Shown: one piece after another, positions 28,070-38,473 of the stretch
Layout: every line of letters begins with the position of its first letter
Position numbering within the stretch: position 1 is the stretch's first letter
Source of the DNA: an uncultured Chlamydiae bacterium
GTDB taxonomy: Bacteria > Chlamydiota > Chlamydiia > Chlamydiales > JAJFMB01
Assembly (NCBI GenBank): GCA_963696295.1
Contig: CAVOJR010000001.1
Location: 416,001 to 480,000, forward strand
DNA: 64,000 nt
Direction: 5' to 3'
Made by a program: the position numbers and the translations under genes
The notes under the pieces: generated by a model
Seen by the model: the letters and a program-made list of their open reading frames with translations, nothing else
Databases searched by the model: none
What the model was told of the DNA's origin: nothing

Positions 28070-28198
28070 CTACACCTTCTAGAGTCCCCGGTCGGGCAGG
28101 CGGCTATGCAGGGGTAATCCTCGCAGCGCCCTTTTCAGGGTAAATAACCGGATATCTTTTTTGCAGGTCGTCCACTATAATGACGTTGACCGGGCAGG
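28070..28198 (-). pseudogene. Degenerate duplicate of the 3' end of the ferredoxin gene (copy of 28732-28871)
   Basis: Shared blocks such as CCCCGGTCGGGCAGGCGGCTATGCAGGG and CCTTTTCAGGGTAAATAACCGGATATCTTTTTTGCAGGTCGTC; about 10-nt internal deletion. Confidence 0.9.
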
Positions 28199-28292
28199 GT
28201 TTGGGTATAATGGCTCAAATATACTTTTTATATTGTTTTTTTATGCTATATGCAATATAAAATGTGCTTTCAAATATAATTGAGGAGATAAT

Positions 28293-28727
28293 ATGACGAC
28301 TAATACTGTAACTTACCCGCGAATGGAATTTTTGGAAACCTGCCATCAGTGCGACGCTTGTCTGGTAAAGGATACTTCTTTACTGGTAACCGGCGAAAAC
28401 AACAAAGTTCTTGCCACTGTGAATAAACTCATGGCCTGCGGCCGGTGCTTAATCACTCAGTATTGTTCCACGGAATGTCAAAAAGCCCATTGGGCTGAGC
28501 ACAAAAAACTGTGCCATCTCCCACCAAGTACAAGAACCAAAGAAGAATATAGGAGCTGCATCAACGCTTCCATTCAAAAGACTGAAAGGGTCGACATCCC
28601 TCACTGTTACGGTAAAGCTCAGGCGGGTTTTAGTTTCGCTGCGGTGGCATACGTCGACTTTGCAGGCACTAGAATTGTCCACACCAGAACTTATGTGAGA
28701 GCTTGGGTGCAGCCTGCCCAAAAATAG
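28293..28727 (+). CDS. MYND-type zinc-finger protein (eukaryote-like)
   Basis: CHQC...CGRC....YCSTECQKAHWAEHKKLC; GAGGAG RBS. Confidence 0.88.
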   Translation: MTTNTVTYPRMEFLETCHQCDACLVKDTSLLVTGENNKVLATVNKLMACGRCLITQYCSTECQKAHWAEHKKLCHLPPSTRTKEEYRSCINASIQKTERVDIPHCYGKAQAGFSFAAVAYVDFAGTRIVHTRTYVRAWVQPAQK

Positions 28728-28731
28728 AAAC

Positions 28732-29049
28732 TCAGACTTTGGAGAGGGCCCCGGTCGGGCAGGCGGCTATGCAGGGATAATCCTCGCAGCGGATGCAAGG
28801 GGCCTTTTCAGGGTAAATAACCGGATATCTTTTTTGCAGGTCGTCGACCATAATGACGTTGACCGGACAGGCAATCATGCAGGCGTCGCAGCCGGTGCAG
28901 GTTTGCTGAAACCGGGCATCGTCCGCCAGCGCCCCGGGAGGCCTCTCCCGCTTATCGGCTAATTTCTCCAAGGAGTCCAGCAGGGGATGGGTTTTCATCC
29001 AGTCAAAACCCAAATGGAAGAGCTCTTTAAAAAAATCGCGCCGGTTCAA
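28732..29049 (-). CDS. 4Fe-4S dicluster ferredoxin (NapF/MauM-like)
   Basis: RPPGAL, CTGCDACMIACP, CIRCEDYPCIAACPTGAL. Confidence 0.9.
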   Translation of the reverse strand: MNRRDFFKELFHLGFDWMKTHPLLDSLEKLADKRERPPGALADDARFQQTCTGCDACMIACPVNVIMVDDLQKRYPVIYPEKAPCIRCEDYPCIAACPTGALSKV

Positions 29050-29291
29050 TGCAGTAAACTTTTTACAAGGTTAAAACCGTTCGGGGTGAGATAAATATCA
29101 TCCCCCTCTTTTTTTATAAAATTGGTTTTCAGCAGCTGATTGCAGATAGAATCGACCACGCGCGTGTGCACATTGGAGGCATGCCCTATCTCATAGCGGT
29201 CGACGGGAGTGTCGTAACTGCCCTTTCGACTCGCAGCCTCAAACAATCTTATTAAAAAGCGTTCCTCTTTAGTCCTTTCACCCCGGCTCAT
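29046..29291 (-). CDS. Small hypothetical protein (winged-helix-like)
   Basis: Overlapped (ATGA) with cysS and the ferredoxin; NQLLKTNFIKK..IYLTPNG wing-like tail. Confidence 0.7.
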   Translation of the reverse strand: MSRGERTKEERFLIRLFEAASRKGSYDTPVDRYEIGHASNVHTRVVDSICNQLLKTNFIKKEGDDIYLTPNGFNLVKSLLH

Positions 29292-30715
29292 TGGATAGCT
29301 TTCACTTTAGAGCCCTGTGGAGTATCCTCCAGCACGAATCCTTTGCTTGTGATAAATTCCCTAAGCTCATCAGCGAGGGACCAGTTCTTGTCTTTTCGCG
29401 CCTGCAGCCTTCTCTCAACGGCTTCATAAATCTCTTGCGGGATCTCGTCTTTGCGCGGTTCAAACGACATAACGCCCAGCACGGAGTCAAAGCGCTTCAG
29501 GCAGTTCAACACCTCCACAGCCTCGCCGGAGCTCAATTTCTTCATATCGCAAAGGGCGTTGACTTCGCGAAGAAGGTCGAAAAGGGCCGCCAGGGCCACT
29601 GAAACGTTCAAATCGTCCGCTAAGGCCTCGGTGAAATGGGTGAGGGCTTTATCTAATATCGGCTGCACCGCATTGCCAGGCTGCTGCTGATTGATTTCCA
29701 GCAGTCTTTGTATAAACTCATTCAAACGGTGCAACGTCGATTTGGCCGCTTCCAGACCGTCTACAGTGAAATTCAGCTGGGTTTTGTAATGGGTTTGCAT
29801 CAGCATGTAGCGGATCTGAATGCCGGTCCATCCTTTATTCAACAAATCGCGCAAAGTGAAAAAATTGCCAAGGCTCTTGGACATCTTTTTATTGTCCACA
29901 ATGAGGTGTTCGGTGTGCATCCAATACCTGACAAAACGCTCTCCGGTATACGCCTCGGATTGAGCGATCTCATTTTCATGATGGGGAAAAATATTGTCCA
30001 CGCCGCCCGCGTGCAGATCGATCGAGTGGCCGAGCAGCTTCAAGGCCATCACAGAGCACTCCAGATGCCATCCGGGGCGCCCGGGACCAAATGGGCTTTC
30101 CCAAAAAATCCCCCCATCCCGCTCCTTGTCATACGCTTTCCATAAAACAAAATCAGCGACATGATCCTTCTCATACTCATCAGAGGCTACCCGTTCCGAA
30201 GCCCCGGCCTGCAGCTCGCCCAAATGAAGGTGGGAAAGGCAGCCGTACCTTGGAAATTTGTGGATGGAATAGTAGACGCTATTGTCCTTTCCCACATACG
30301 CGAGCCCCTTTTTGACCAGATCCTGAATCACGACAATCATTTCGTCAATGTAATCTGTAGCGGCCGGATAGAATTCCACGGGCTCGATATTGAGCGTCTT
30401 GATATCGTCAAAAAAAGCGTCCTTATAGATTTTTGTAAAATCATTGAGGCTCATTTCTTTTGCAATCGCCCCTTTGATCGTCTTGTCATCGACGTCGGTG
30501 AGATTCATCACCTGCGTCACTTGATACCCAAAAAACTTTAAAGTGCGGCGAAGTACATCTTCGAAAACATAGGCGCGGAAATTGCCGATATGGGCGAAAT
30601 TGTAAACCGTGGGTCCGCATGTGTACATCTTAACATGCTTAGGATCAATCGGTTTAAAGACTTCTTTAGCTCGGGTTTCAGTATTGTAAAACTTGAGTTG
30701 GCAGCTTGTTTTCAT
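29288..30715 (-). CDS. cysS: Cysteine-tRNA ligase
   Basis: MYTCGPTVY..HIGN, GRPGWHLECS, KMSKSLGN. Confidence 0.98.
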   Translation of the reverse strand: MKTSCQLKFYNTETRAKEVFKPIDPKHVKMYTCGPTVYNFAHIGNFRAYVFEDVLRRTLKFFGYQVTQVMNLTDVDDKTIKGAIAKEMSLNDFTKIYKDAFFDDIKTLNIEPVEFYPAATDYIDEMIVVIQDLVKKGLAYVGKDNSVYYSIHKFPRYGCLSHLHLGELQAGASERVASDEYEKDHVADFVLWKAYDKERDGGIFWESPFGPGRPGWHLECSVMALKLLGHSIDLHAGGVDNIFPHHENEIAQSEAYTGERFVRYWMHTEHLIVDNKKMSKSLGNFFTLRDLLNKGWTGIQIRYMLMQTHYKTQLNFTVDGLEAAKSTLHRLNEFIQRLLEINQQQPGNAVQPILDKALTHFTEALADDLNVSVALAALFDLLREVNALCDMKKLSSGEAVEVLNCLKRFDSVLGVMSFEPRKDEIPQEIYEAVERRLQARKDKNWSLADELREFITSKGFVLEDTPQGSKVKAIQ

Positions 30716-30976
30716 TGAGACCTTTCTTCGTGTTAACAGGTCCAGTTTAAAACAGACCTTGAAAATGCGCAAGAAATTCCGAACCTAAAATTTAAATTTT
30801 TAATTTTCCTGTTTTGCATCTCACCTATTTTGTGCGTTTTACGAAAATTTATCGCATAAATGAAATTTTAATTTACACAAAATACCAAAAAATGTTTTAC
30901 TTTTGATTTCTGCAAAGCCATTCTGGGCACAGCTTGAAGATGATTTTAAATAAAATAATATATTGAGGAAGCAGTC

Positions 30977-31567
30977 ATGACAATCCCAAATACCAATGAA
31001 CAGGATATCATTCTAAATCTGATGACAAGACCTTTTGAGTCATTATCTATGCCGCAAAGCCGCCTGTGCGGGCTTTTTGTCTTTATCGACCATTTGATGA
31101 GCAAGCATCAAAAAGCTCCCTGCCGCGAAAAGCAGTTAAAAATAATCGACACTCTGCTCCAAAGCGGTCCGCGCATGCATGTAGCCATACATCATCCCAA
31201 AAATGAGGATATTCAAACATTTTTGCAAAAGATGATCAAAAGCGCCGATCAAATCGAAGAAGATCCCGCCACGCATCAACCCCTTATTCAAAAATGCGCA
31301 AAAAGGTTCAAGGAAGCCTTTCAAGCCTTTTTCAGCCTGATCAAAAACAAAATTGCTAAGACACAGGGTACGCTTCAGGATTTATGGAAACAGCTCGACA
31401 CGCAAAATGAAATTCGCCTCTTTGCCAGCACCTTTGTCAATAGCCTGGTTAATTTCACCTATCTGTTTTATCAGGAAACCATCGGCCGTTTGCTCAAATT
31501 AAACCCTATCCAGGTTGAAGGACGTCTGCATCACGCTCAATGCCTCTGCGCCAAAGCGATCATGTAA
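30977..31567 (+). CDS. Hypothetical helical protein
   Basis: 196-aa ORF with a GAGGA RBS; no recognisable motif. Confidence 0.65.
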   Translation: MTIPNTNEQDIILNLMTRPFESLSMPQSRLCGLFVFIDHLMSKHQKAPCREKQLKIIDTLLQSGPRMHVAIHHPKNEDIQTFLQKMIKSADQIEEDPATHQPLIQKCAKRFKEAFQAFFSLIKNKIAKTQGTLQDLWKQLDTQNEIRLFASTFVNSLVNFTYLFYQETIGRLLKLNPIQVEGRLHHAQCLCAKAIM

Positions 31568-32819
31568 ATTTTTTTGTCGGATACCCCGGAATTTTTTGGG
31601 GTATCTGAATTATCGCCTCGTAAATTCGCTCCAATTGCTCATCGGTGATGCAATAGGGAGGTATCAAATAGAGCACATTGCCAAGGGGCCTGATCAACAC
31701 GCCCCGCTCCAAAAAATAACCCCTTAGATCAAAATTATCAGCGGCTTCCATGGCGACAATGGTTCCGCATACGCGAACCTTTTGAAACTGAGCTGTCAGG
31801 GCCTCCAGATAGGGCTGATGCCTTTTTTCCATTCCTTTAAAGCAGGCAGGATCTTTCTCTAAAAGATCCATCGTCGCTATGGCGGCGGCGCATCCCAAAG
31901 GATTAGCCGTGTAGGAGTGGCCATGATAAAACGTGCGGGCGGCGTTATCACTGCAAAAAGCCTCATAAATCTCATCGGTGCAGACAGTCGCAGCCAGGGG
32001 CAAAAACCCCCCCGTAATCCCTTTCGCTAGACAGATCAGATCGGGTTTTGTTCCCGATTTCACGCAGGCAAACCAGTCTCCGGTGCGCCCAAAGCCGGTC
32101 ATCACCTCATCATAAATGAGCAGGGTGCGATATTTTCTTACAAGCGCTTCCAGTTTTTGTAAAAAAACCGGCCGGCACATCTGCATGCCGGATACCCCTT
32201 GCACCAGGGGCTCGATCAAAACAGCCACATGATTTTCCCGCGACAGCTCCTCTTCCACTCTGAGAAGGACGGCGTTCTCCCTCTCCTCAACCGTCAAATC
32301 GCCCGGAAAAGTGGCGGGATAGGGCAGCGATGTTTTGCTGAAGAGCAGCTTTTCAAATGTCCGGAAAAAGACCGGCTGGTTGCCAAGCGACATGGCGCCG
32401 ACCGTATCGCCATGGTAGGATCCCTCGAAGCAAAGAAATTTTTCCCTTGTTTCGCCCAGGTTGACAAAATACTGGTAGGCGATTTTAAGGGCCGCTTCCA
32501 CAGCGGTCGATCCATTGTCCGAATAAAATACTTTATTTAAGGATTTTGGCAAACGGCGCAATAGTTTCTCCGCTAAAACCTCGGCAGGTTCATGCGTGAA
32601 GCCGGCAAAAATCACATGTTCCAATTTTTGCGACTGCTCGTAAATGGCGCGGCTGATTTCAGGATGGGAATGACCGAGAAGGTTAACCCACCAGCTTGAA
32701 ATGGCATCGATCACCTCGCGGCCATCCTCCAAAGTCAAGAGAGTCCCTTGGCCGCTTTTCACTTTGAGCGGAAGGGGAGCTGTTTTCATTTGTGTGAAGG
32801 GATACCATATATGATTCAT
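31560..32819 (-). CDS. bioA: Adenosylmethionine-8-amino-7-oxononanoate aminotransferase
   Basis: HIWYPFTQM, DAISSWWVN, SDNGSTAVE, DEVMTGFGRTG, HGHSYTANP. Confidence 0.97.
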   Translation of the reverse strand: MNHIWYPFTQMKTAPLPLKVKSGQGTLLTLEDGREVIDAISSWWVNLLGHSHPEISRAIYEQSQKLEHVIFAGFTHEPAEVLAEKLLRRLPKSLNKVFYSDNGSTAVEAALKIAYQYFVNLGETREKFLCFEGSYHGDTVGAMSLGNQPVFFRTFEKLLFSKTSLPYPATFPGDLTVEERENAVLLRVEEELSRENHVAVLIEPLVQGVSGMQMCRPVFLQKLEALVRKYRTLLIYDEVMTGFGRTGDWFACVKSGTKPDLICLAKGITGGFLPLAATVCTDEIYEAFCSDNAARTFYHGHSYTANPLGCAAAIATMDLLEKDPACFKGMEKRHQPYLEALTAQFQKVRVCGTIVAMEAADNFDLRGYFLERGVLIRPLGNVLYLIPPYCITDEQLERIYEAIIQIPQKIPGYPTKKFT

Positions 32820-32897
32820 AAGGGCTAAAGTTTAGCTGAAAATGAGATTTTCTGTTATTTTTTTTCGCATTTGGATATAGTTTTCTGAAAACCAGGG

Positions 32898-34154
32898 ATG
32901 ATTTCCATGCGCGCTGCCCTTTTTCTCCTGTTTATCCTTTTCCACTTTGTAGAGGGAGCCCCTTACCTCACTATCATAGGAAAAGTCAAAAGGGCCGACG
33001 GCCTCGGAAGGCAGACCCTTGAGATGCTGGAGCTCTACAAGGATCATTTTTCAGTCAATTGCATTGCCACAAGAAGCCCGGACTTCACCGATGTTTCCAA
33101 AGAATTGAAAAAACTCATACATTACGCCGACAAAAAAACTACCCCTTTGGGAAGCGTGGTCCTTTTCGAAGAATTCCTGTGGTTTCCCGCCGGCAAGGAC
33201 CATTATAAACTCGTGGCCCTGCCAAAAAAACAGGACCAGATCCGCATCGCCTATTCGATGTTCGACGCCACAGAGATACCGGAACAATTCACCCAAATCA
33301 TCAACCAGTACTTTGACGCGGTCGCCGTTCCAGATAAATTCCACATCGGTGTGTACAAAAATTCAGGCGTCAATGTCCCCATATTCGAATTGCCCTTGGG
33401 TCTAGACCTTCGAAATCTTTTGGAAAAGCCGATAAAGACCACTAAAAAATCCCCTTTTGTCTTCTCCTTCCTCGGGGGCTGCGTCAAAAGAAAGAATCAA
33501 ATCACCCTGGTGCGGGCGTTTGCCAAAGCGTTTCAAAATAACAAAGATGTGGTTCTATTCATGAATTCCCGCTACGCGGATCTGCAATGTTACTATGAGC
33601 TGACCGGTGAAATAAAAAAACTAAATTGCCCAAATATTTCATTCCAGAAGAAAACTCTCGACACCAAAAGTTACATAAACGCCCTGCTGAATACCGACTG
33701 CCTGGTCAATATTTCAAAGGGGGAAGGGTTTTCTATCCAGCCGAGAGAAGCGATGGCGCTCGGCATCCCGGCCATTGTGACCAATAATACCGCCCAGACA
33801 ACTCTTTGCGATAGCGGCCTGGTCAAAGCAGTCCCTTCCGATATCCGGGAAAAAGCTTACAGCACCATTTTAAACAGAACGATTGGCGAGGATTTTAATT
33901 GCGAGATCGATGATGCCGCCGACGCGTTAAAAGAAGTCTATGAAAATTACGACTCTTATCTGGCGCTGTCGCAGGAGATGCGCGCCTTTGCGGAGCAATA
34001 CGATTATTCCCATATGAAGGAGCGCTATCTGAATCTGGTATGCCCCAAAGAGATAGCTTTAGGGGATGTGGACGAAGTGACGGAAAGGGGCTTAACCACC
34101 ACTTCTAAAGAGCTGTATGAAAAATATCTAACGGTAACAAGGAACCGCAGATGA
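32898..34154 (+). CDS. GT4-family glycosyltransferase with an N-terminal signal/anchor (paralog 1)
   Basis: RKNQ..LVRAF, SKGEGFSIQPREAMALGIP. Confidence 0.88.
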   Translation: MISMRAALFLLFILFHFVEGAPYLTIIGKVKRADGLGRQTLEMLELYKDHFSVNCIATRSPDFTDVSKELKKLIHYADKKTTPLGSVVLFEEFLWFPAGKDHYKLVALPKKQDQIRIAYSMFDATEIPEQFTQIINQYFDAVAVPDKFHIGVYKNSGVNVPIFELPLGLDLRNLLEKPIKTTKKSPFVFSFLGGCVKRKNQITLVRAFAKAFQNNKDVVLFMNSRYADLQCYYELTGEIKKLNCPNISFQKKTLDTKSYINALLNTDCLVNISKGEGFSIQPREAMALGIPAIVTNNTAQTTLCDSGLVKAVPSDIREKAYSTILNRTIGEDFNCEIDDAADALKEVYENYDSYLALSQEMRAFAEQYDYSHMKERYLNLVCPKEIALGDVDEVTERGLTTTSKELYEKYLTVTRNRR

Positions 34155-35389
34155 AGAAATTGCTGATCCTGCTAACGCTCACTTGTTTCCTCTTTTCCGA
34201 TCAAGCTCCTCCCTATTTGACCATTATAGGCCCTGTCAACATGGAGGACGGCCTGGGCAGACAAGCCATTGAGCTTTGCGACAGCCTCTATGGCAAAGAG
34301 ACGATGCAATGCGTCGGTCTCGATACCATCAAACTCACCAACGTTCCCAAACGTCTGATTCCGATCATAAAAACTCCCGAGAACCACCTCCCCTTCGGCT
34401 CCATAGTCATATTTGATTTTTGCCTATGGTTTCCGCATGGAAAACCCCACTACAAACTACTCACTCTCCCCAAACCGGAAGACCAGATCCGCATGGCCTA
34501 CTCCATGTTTGAATCCTCTCAGATCCCAAAGCAATGGGTGGAAATCCTCAATGAACGCTTCGACCTGGTCGTTGTCCCCGATCCCTTTTTAGTCGACGTA
34601 TATAAAAATAGCGGTGTGGAGATTCCCATCTTTGAACTGCCGCTCGGGCTTAACTTAAAAAAATTTCTCAATAAGCCGCTCAAAAATAACAGGAACAAAC
34701 CCTTTGTTTTTGCCAACCTCGGCTCCTCTATTTTTCGAAAAAACCAGATAAAATTAATCCAGGCCTTTGCCAAAGCGTTTGGAAACAATCCCGATGTGGA
34801 ATTGATAATCAATTCCCGAACCGCTATCAGAATGTTTCATTTAAAAGTGGAACAAGAGATTAAACGCTTAAGTTTAAGCAATGTCCATTTTAAACTGCAG
34901 CGCCTGCCCGAAAAGGAATATATCTCGCTTATGATGAATGCCGATTGCCTGGTGAACAACTCTCTTGGGGAGGGATACTCCATCCAGCCAAGAGAGGCTA
35001 TGGCCCTTGGCATTCCGGTGATTTTGACCGACAACACCGCCCAGAGCACCCTTTGCCAATCAGGCATTCCCCTCTCGATTCCCTGTTATGCCGAGCCTGC
35101 CTACTACGATTTTTTAAATGGCTATTATGGAGATTTTTTTAACCATGAGGTCGACGATCTGGCCAACGCTTTGACCGAAATGGTAAAGAATTACGGGGAG
35201 TATCTCAGCAAAGCGGAAGCGGCCCGGGAGTTCGCCGCTCAATACGACTATTCCCACTTGATCGGCAGGTATCAAAACCTGATCCACCCCAAAGAAGTGC
35301 AGCTCGGGCGACAAAATCTCTTGACTGAAGAGGTTCTGATCACAAACTCCGACGCTTTATTTCAGAAGTACCAAAGGATATTGAGATGA
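34151..35389 (+). CDS. GT4-family glycosyltransferase with an N-terminal signal/anchor (paralog 2)
   Basis: SLGEGYSIQPREAMALGIP; collinear with the upstream paralog. Confidence 0.88.
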   Translation: MKKLLILLTLTCFLFSDQAPPYLTIIGPVNMEDGLGRQAIELCDSLYGKETMQCVGLDTIKLTNVPKRLIPIIKTPENHLPFGSIVIFDFCLWFPHGKPHYKLLTLPKPEDQIRMAYSMFESSQIPKQWVEILNERFDLVVVPDPFLVDVYKNSGVEIPIFELPLGLNLKKFLNKPLKNNRNKPFVFANLGSSIFRKNQIKLIQAFAKAFGNNPDVELIINSRTAIRMFHLKVEQEIKRLSLSNVHFKLQRLPEKEYISLMMNADCLVNNSLGEGYSIQPREAMALGIPVILTDNTAQSTLCQSGIPLSIPCYAEPAYYDFLNGYYGDFFNHEVDDLANALTEMVKNYGEYLSKAEAAREFAAQYDYSHLIGRYQNLIHPKEVQLGRQNLLTEEVLITNSDALFQKYQRILR

Positions 35390-36459
35390 AAAGGATTGTG
35401 GTAAAAATCGGCACGCAGCTGATCACCGACGGGAAGGGGATGCTCAACCTGCCCTTCATCCAATCGATTGCCGAACAAGTGATCCAACTCAAAAAACAAA
35501 AAGTCGAGGTGATCCTCGTCTCTTCCGGGGCCGTGGGAGCGGGCCGGGGCTTAATCCAGCTGCCGCTCGCGATGAACAAGATTGTCCAAAGGCAGGTTTT
35601 AGCCTCCATTGGACAGGTGAAGCTCATGGAAGCCTACAGCAACGCCCTGCAGAAGCATGGCTATCTTTGCTCTCAGGTATTGACTTGCAAAGAGGATTTT
35701 CGCGACCGCCACCACTACCTCAACATGAAAAACTGCTTCCAGGCCCTCCTTCACGAAAATATCGTGCCGATCGTCAATGAAAACGATGTGATCTCCATTG
35801 ATGAACTCATGTTCACCGATAACGACGAGCTGGCCGGATTAATCGGAGCGATGATGGATGTCGAGCAGGTTCTGATCCTCTCCACGGTCGACGGCATATT
35901 CGACAGGCCGCCCAAAGAGCCCGGGGCAAAATTAATTTCAGAGATCGATCCGGACAGCGATGAATATACGCAATACATCTCCGATGAGAAGTCCCCTCTC
36001 GGCAGAGGTGGGATGCATACCAAAGCGCGGATTGCCGTCAAACTGGCGGGTCTGGGGATCACCACCCATATCGCGAACGGTCACAAAGAAAATGTCATCA
36101 CGCGTATTGTCCAGGGGGAAATTCCGGGAACCAAAATTATCCCGAAAAAGCGCGTTTCGAGCGTGAAGAAATGGATTGCCCACAGCAAAGGGCAGGAGAA
36201 GGGGAAGGTCGTCATCAATACGTGCGCTGAAGAGATCTTAACCGAAGGGAAAGAAGCGCGCAGCCTTCTGCCCGTAGGCGTCACAGATATTCAAGGCTCC
36301 TTCCAAAAAGGGGATGTGGTCACAATCCAGAACCAGGCCGGCAAACCGATCGGCATCGGCATTGCCGAATACAGCTCCGAGACGGCCAAAAAGCATATGG
36401 GGCAAAAAAACAAACCGGTGCTGATGCACTACGATTTTTTATTTTTTGGAGAAATATGA
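35386..36459 (+). CDS. proB: Glutamate 5-kinase (with PUA domain)
   Basis: RIVVKIGT, VSSGAV, IVNENDV, DNDEL, GRGGMHTK, SLLPVGV. Confidence 0.96.
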   Translation: MKRIVVKIGTQLITDGKGMLNLPFIQSIAEQVIQLKKQKVEVILVSSGAVGAGRGLIQLPLAMNKIVQRQVLASIGQVKLMEAYSNALQKHGYLCSQVLTCKEDFRDRHHYLNMKNCFQALLHENIVPIVNENDVISIDELMFTDNDELAGLIGAMMDVEQVLILSTVDGIFDRPPKEPGAKLISEIDPDSDEYTQYISDEKSPLGRGGMHTKARIAVKLAGLGITTHIANGHKENVITRIVQGEIPGTKIIPKKRVSSVKKWIAHSKGQEKGKVVINTCAEEILTEGKEARSLLPVGVTDIQGSFQKGDVVTIQNQAGKPIGIGIAEYSSETAKKHMGQKNKPVLMHYDFLFFGEI

Positions 36460-37220
36460 AGCTAGCAATCATTGGAGCGGGAAATATGGGGCAAGCCATG
36501 TACCGCCGTTTATCCGACTCTTTGGGGGTTGAAAACGTATGGCTTTGCGACCACCATGCCGAGAAACTCAAAAGCGCAACGCAGGCCTCAACGGATCTTG
36601 CCGCCATCCTTCCCAAAGTCGATGCGCTGATGTTTGCCCTCAAACCGCAAAGCTTCGCTCTCTGGAATGTGAAGGTCCCCGACCACCTCATCCTCTCGAT
36701 TATGACCGGCATTACCCTTCACACCCTGTCTGAAAAAACCGGCGCAAATAAAGTGGTGCGTTCCATGCCGAATCTGGCCTTGCAGCTGGGGTGCTCCCTG
36801 ACCGGCTGGATTGCGAGCGGTCACGTCAGGGCTGCCGAGAAAAAATTTGCTCATTCGATTTTTGCCTCCTTCGGCAAAGAGTTCGAAGTAAAACAGGAGG
36901 GGCAGCTCGACGCTCTGACAGCCGTAAGCGGATCGGGGCCAGCCTATTTTTTATTCCTTTGCTCGACGCTCGCAAAAAAGGCTGAAGAATATGGCTTTTC
37001 CGAAGAGGAGGCGCGTGCGATCGTGCTTGAGACTCTGAAGGGGGCGAGCGCGCTCCTGGAGCGGGCCGAAGGGCAATCGGAGAAACTCGTTTCGGCCATC
37101 ACTTCAAAAGGAGGCACAACTCAGGCCGCCTTGAACGCCTTTAAGGAAGGGGAAGTCGAGCGCTATTTCTCAAAAGGGGTCGACGCCGCCAAAAAAAGAG
37201 CCGAGGAGCTCTCCGTATGA
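36456..37220 (+). CDS. proC: Pyrroline-5-carboxylate reductase
   Basis: [28 protein letters not shown]. Confidence 0.95.
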   Translation: MKLAIIGAGNMGQAMYRRLSDSLGVENVWLCDHHAEKLKSATQASTDLAAILPKVDALMFALKPQSFALWNVKVPDHLILSIMTGITLHTLSEKTGANKVVRSMPNLALQLGCSLTGWIASGHVRAAEKKFAHSIFASFGKEFEVKQEGQLDALTAVSGSGPAYFLFLCSTLAKKAEEYGFSEEEARAIVLETLKGASALLERAEGQSEKLVSAITSKGGTTQAALNAFKEGEVERYFSKGVDAAKKRAEELSV

Positions 37221-38443
37221 CCCCCTTTGAGGCGATAAAAAAGGCAAGCCGCAAACTGATCGGCCTGCCAAATGAAACGATTAATGCCATTTTGGCCCAC
37301 CTGGCGAACCACATGAATATCTCAGCCGTGCTTGAAGCTAACATGCGCGATTTGAGCCGGATGGATAAAAGCAACCCCCTTTACGACCGCCTCCTTTTGA
37401 ATCCGGCGAGGATGGAGGGAATGTTAAAAGGGCTCATTGAAGTAAGCAAGCTCCCCTCTCCCCTGGGAAGGGTTTTAGAGGCCCGCACCTTGCCAAACGG
37501 CCTTGAGCTGCAAAAGATCTCCGTTCCTTTGGGCGTGGTAGGCGTCGTTTACGAAGCGCGTCCGAATGTCACCCTCGACGTTTTCTCCCTCTGCCTCAAA
37601 TCGGGCAACGCCTCGATTTTGAAAGGGGGCAGCGACGCCATCCACTCCAACCGGGCGATCGTCTCTGAAATTCACCAGACACTGGCAGCCTTTAACCTGC
37701 CGCAAGAGATCGTCCATCTGATGCCTGCCGACCGCAGCGCCGTCAAAGAGCTTCTGGAGGCCACCCGGTTTGTCGATGTGATTATCCCGCGCGGCAGCCA
37801 GCAGCTGATCGACTTTGTGAGGGAGCACTCCAAAGTGCCTGTCATAGAAACTGGCGCCGGCATTGTCCATACCTACCTCGACCAAAGCTTCGATTTAGGC
37901 ATGGCAAAGAAAATCATTTTTAACGCCAAGACCAGGCGGGTCAGCGTCTGCAATGCCCTTGACACCCTCATTGTGCATCGGGAATCTCTTCCCAAACTGC
38001 CTCAAGTCCTTTTGCCGCTTGCCGAAAAAAAGGTGGAAATTTTTGCCGATGCCCCCTCGTTCCTCGCCCTGCGAGGCCATTATCCTTCTTCCCTTTTGCA
38101 CGAGGAAGAAAATTTCGGTACAGAGTTCCTCGATTATAAGATGAGCATCAAGACGGTAGCTAATCTGCAGGAGGCTCTCGACCATATCGACACCTACAGC
38201 TCGAGGCATAGCGAAGCGATTATCTCAAGCATACCGGAACATATCGATCAGTTTTTACAAGCGGTCGACGCCGCTGCCGTTTATGCCAACACCTCTACCG
38301 CCTTCACCGATGGGGGAGAGTTTGGTTTAGGAGCTGAGATAGGCATCAGCACTCAGAAGCTCCATGCGCGCGGCCCCATGGGGCTGCAGGAGCTGACCAG
38401 CTATAAATGGGTTATTAGAGGCGAAGGGCAAACCAGACTTTAA
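37217..38443 (+). CDS. proA: Gamma-glutamyl phosphate reductase
   Basis: [49 protein letters not shown]. Confidence 0.97.
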   Translation: MTPFEAIKKASRKLIGLPNETINAILAHLANHMNISAVLEANMRDLSRMDKSNPLYDRLLLNPARMEGMLKGLIEVSKLPSPLGRVLEARTLPNGLELQKISVPLGVVGVVYEARPNVTLDVFSLCLKSGNASILKGGSDAIHSNRAIVSEIHQTLAAFNLPQEIVHLMPADRSAVKELLEATRFVDVIIPRGSQQLIDFVREHSKVPVIETGAGIVHTYLDQSFDLGMAKKIIFNAKTRRVSVCNALDTLIVHRESLPKLPQVLLPLAEKKVEIFADAPSFLALRGHYPSSLLHEEENFGTEFLDYKMSIKTVANLQEALDHIDTYSSRHSEAIISSIPEHIDQFLQAVDAAAVYANTSTAFTDGGEFGLGAEIGISTQKLHARGPMGLQELTSYKWVIRGEGQTRL

Positions 38444-38473
38444 TTAAAAAACCTTAAAATATATGATGAAGCT

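Noticed and set aside
27858..28082. 74-aa ORF across the palindrome
   Set aside because: No RBS or motif; made of repeat and relic sequence
28186..28211. Hybrid promoter TTGACC...TATAAT at the duplication junction
   Set aside because: Spacer is only 14 nt
31580..31605. GATACCCC/GGGGTATC hairpin as a terminator
   Set aside because: Lies inside the bioA tail and lacks a following U-tract on either strand; function unsupported
32835..32853. Possible remnant of the bioD 3' end upstream of bioA (15/19 match to 49543-49561)
   Set aside because: Too short and AT-rich to distinguish from chance
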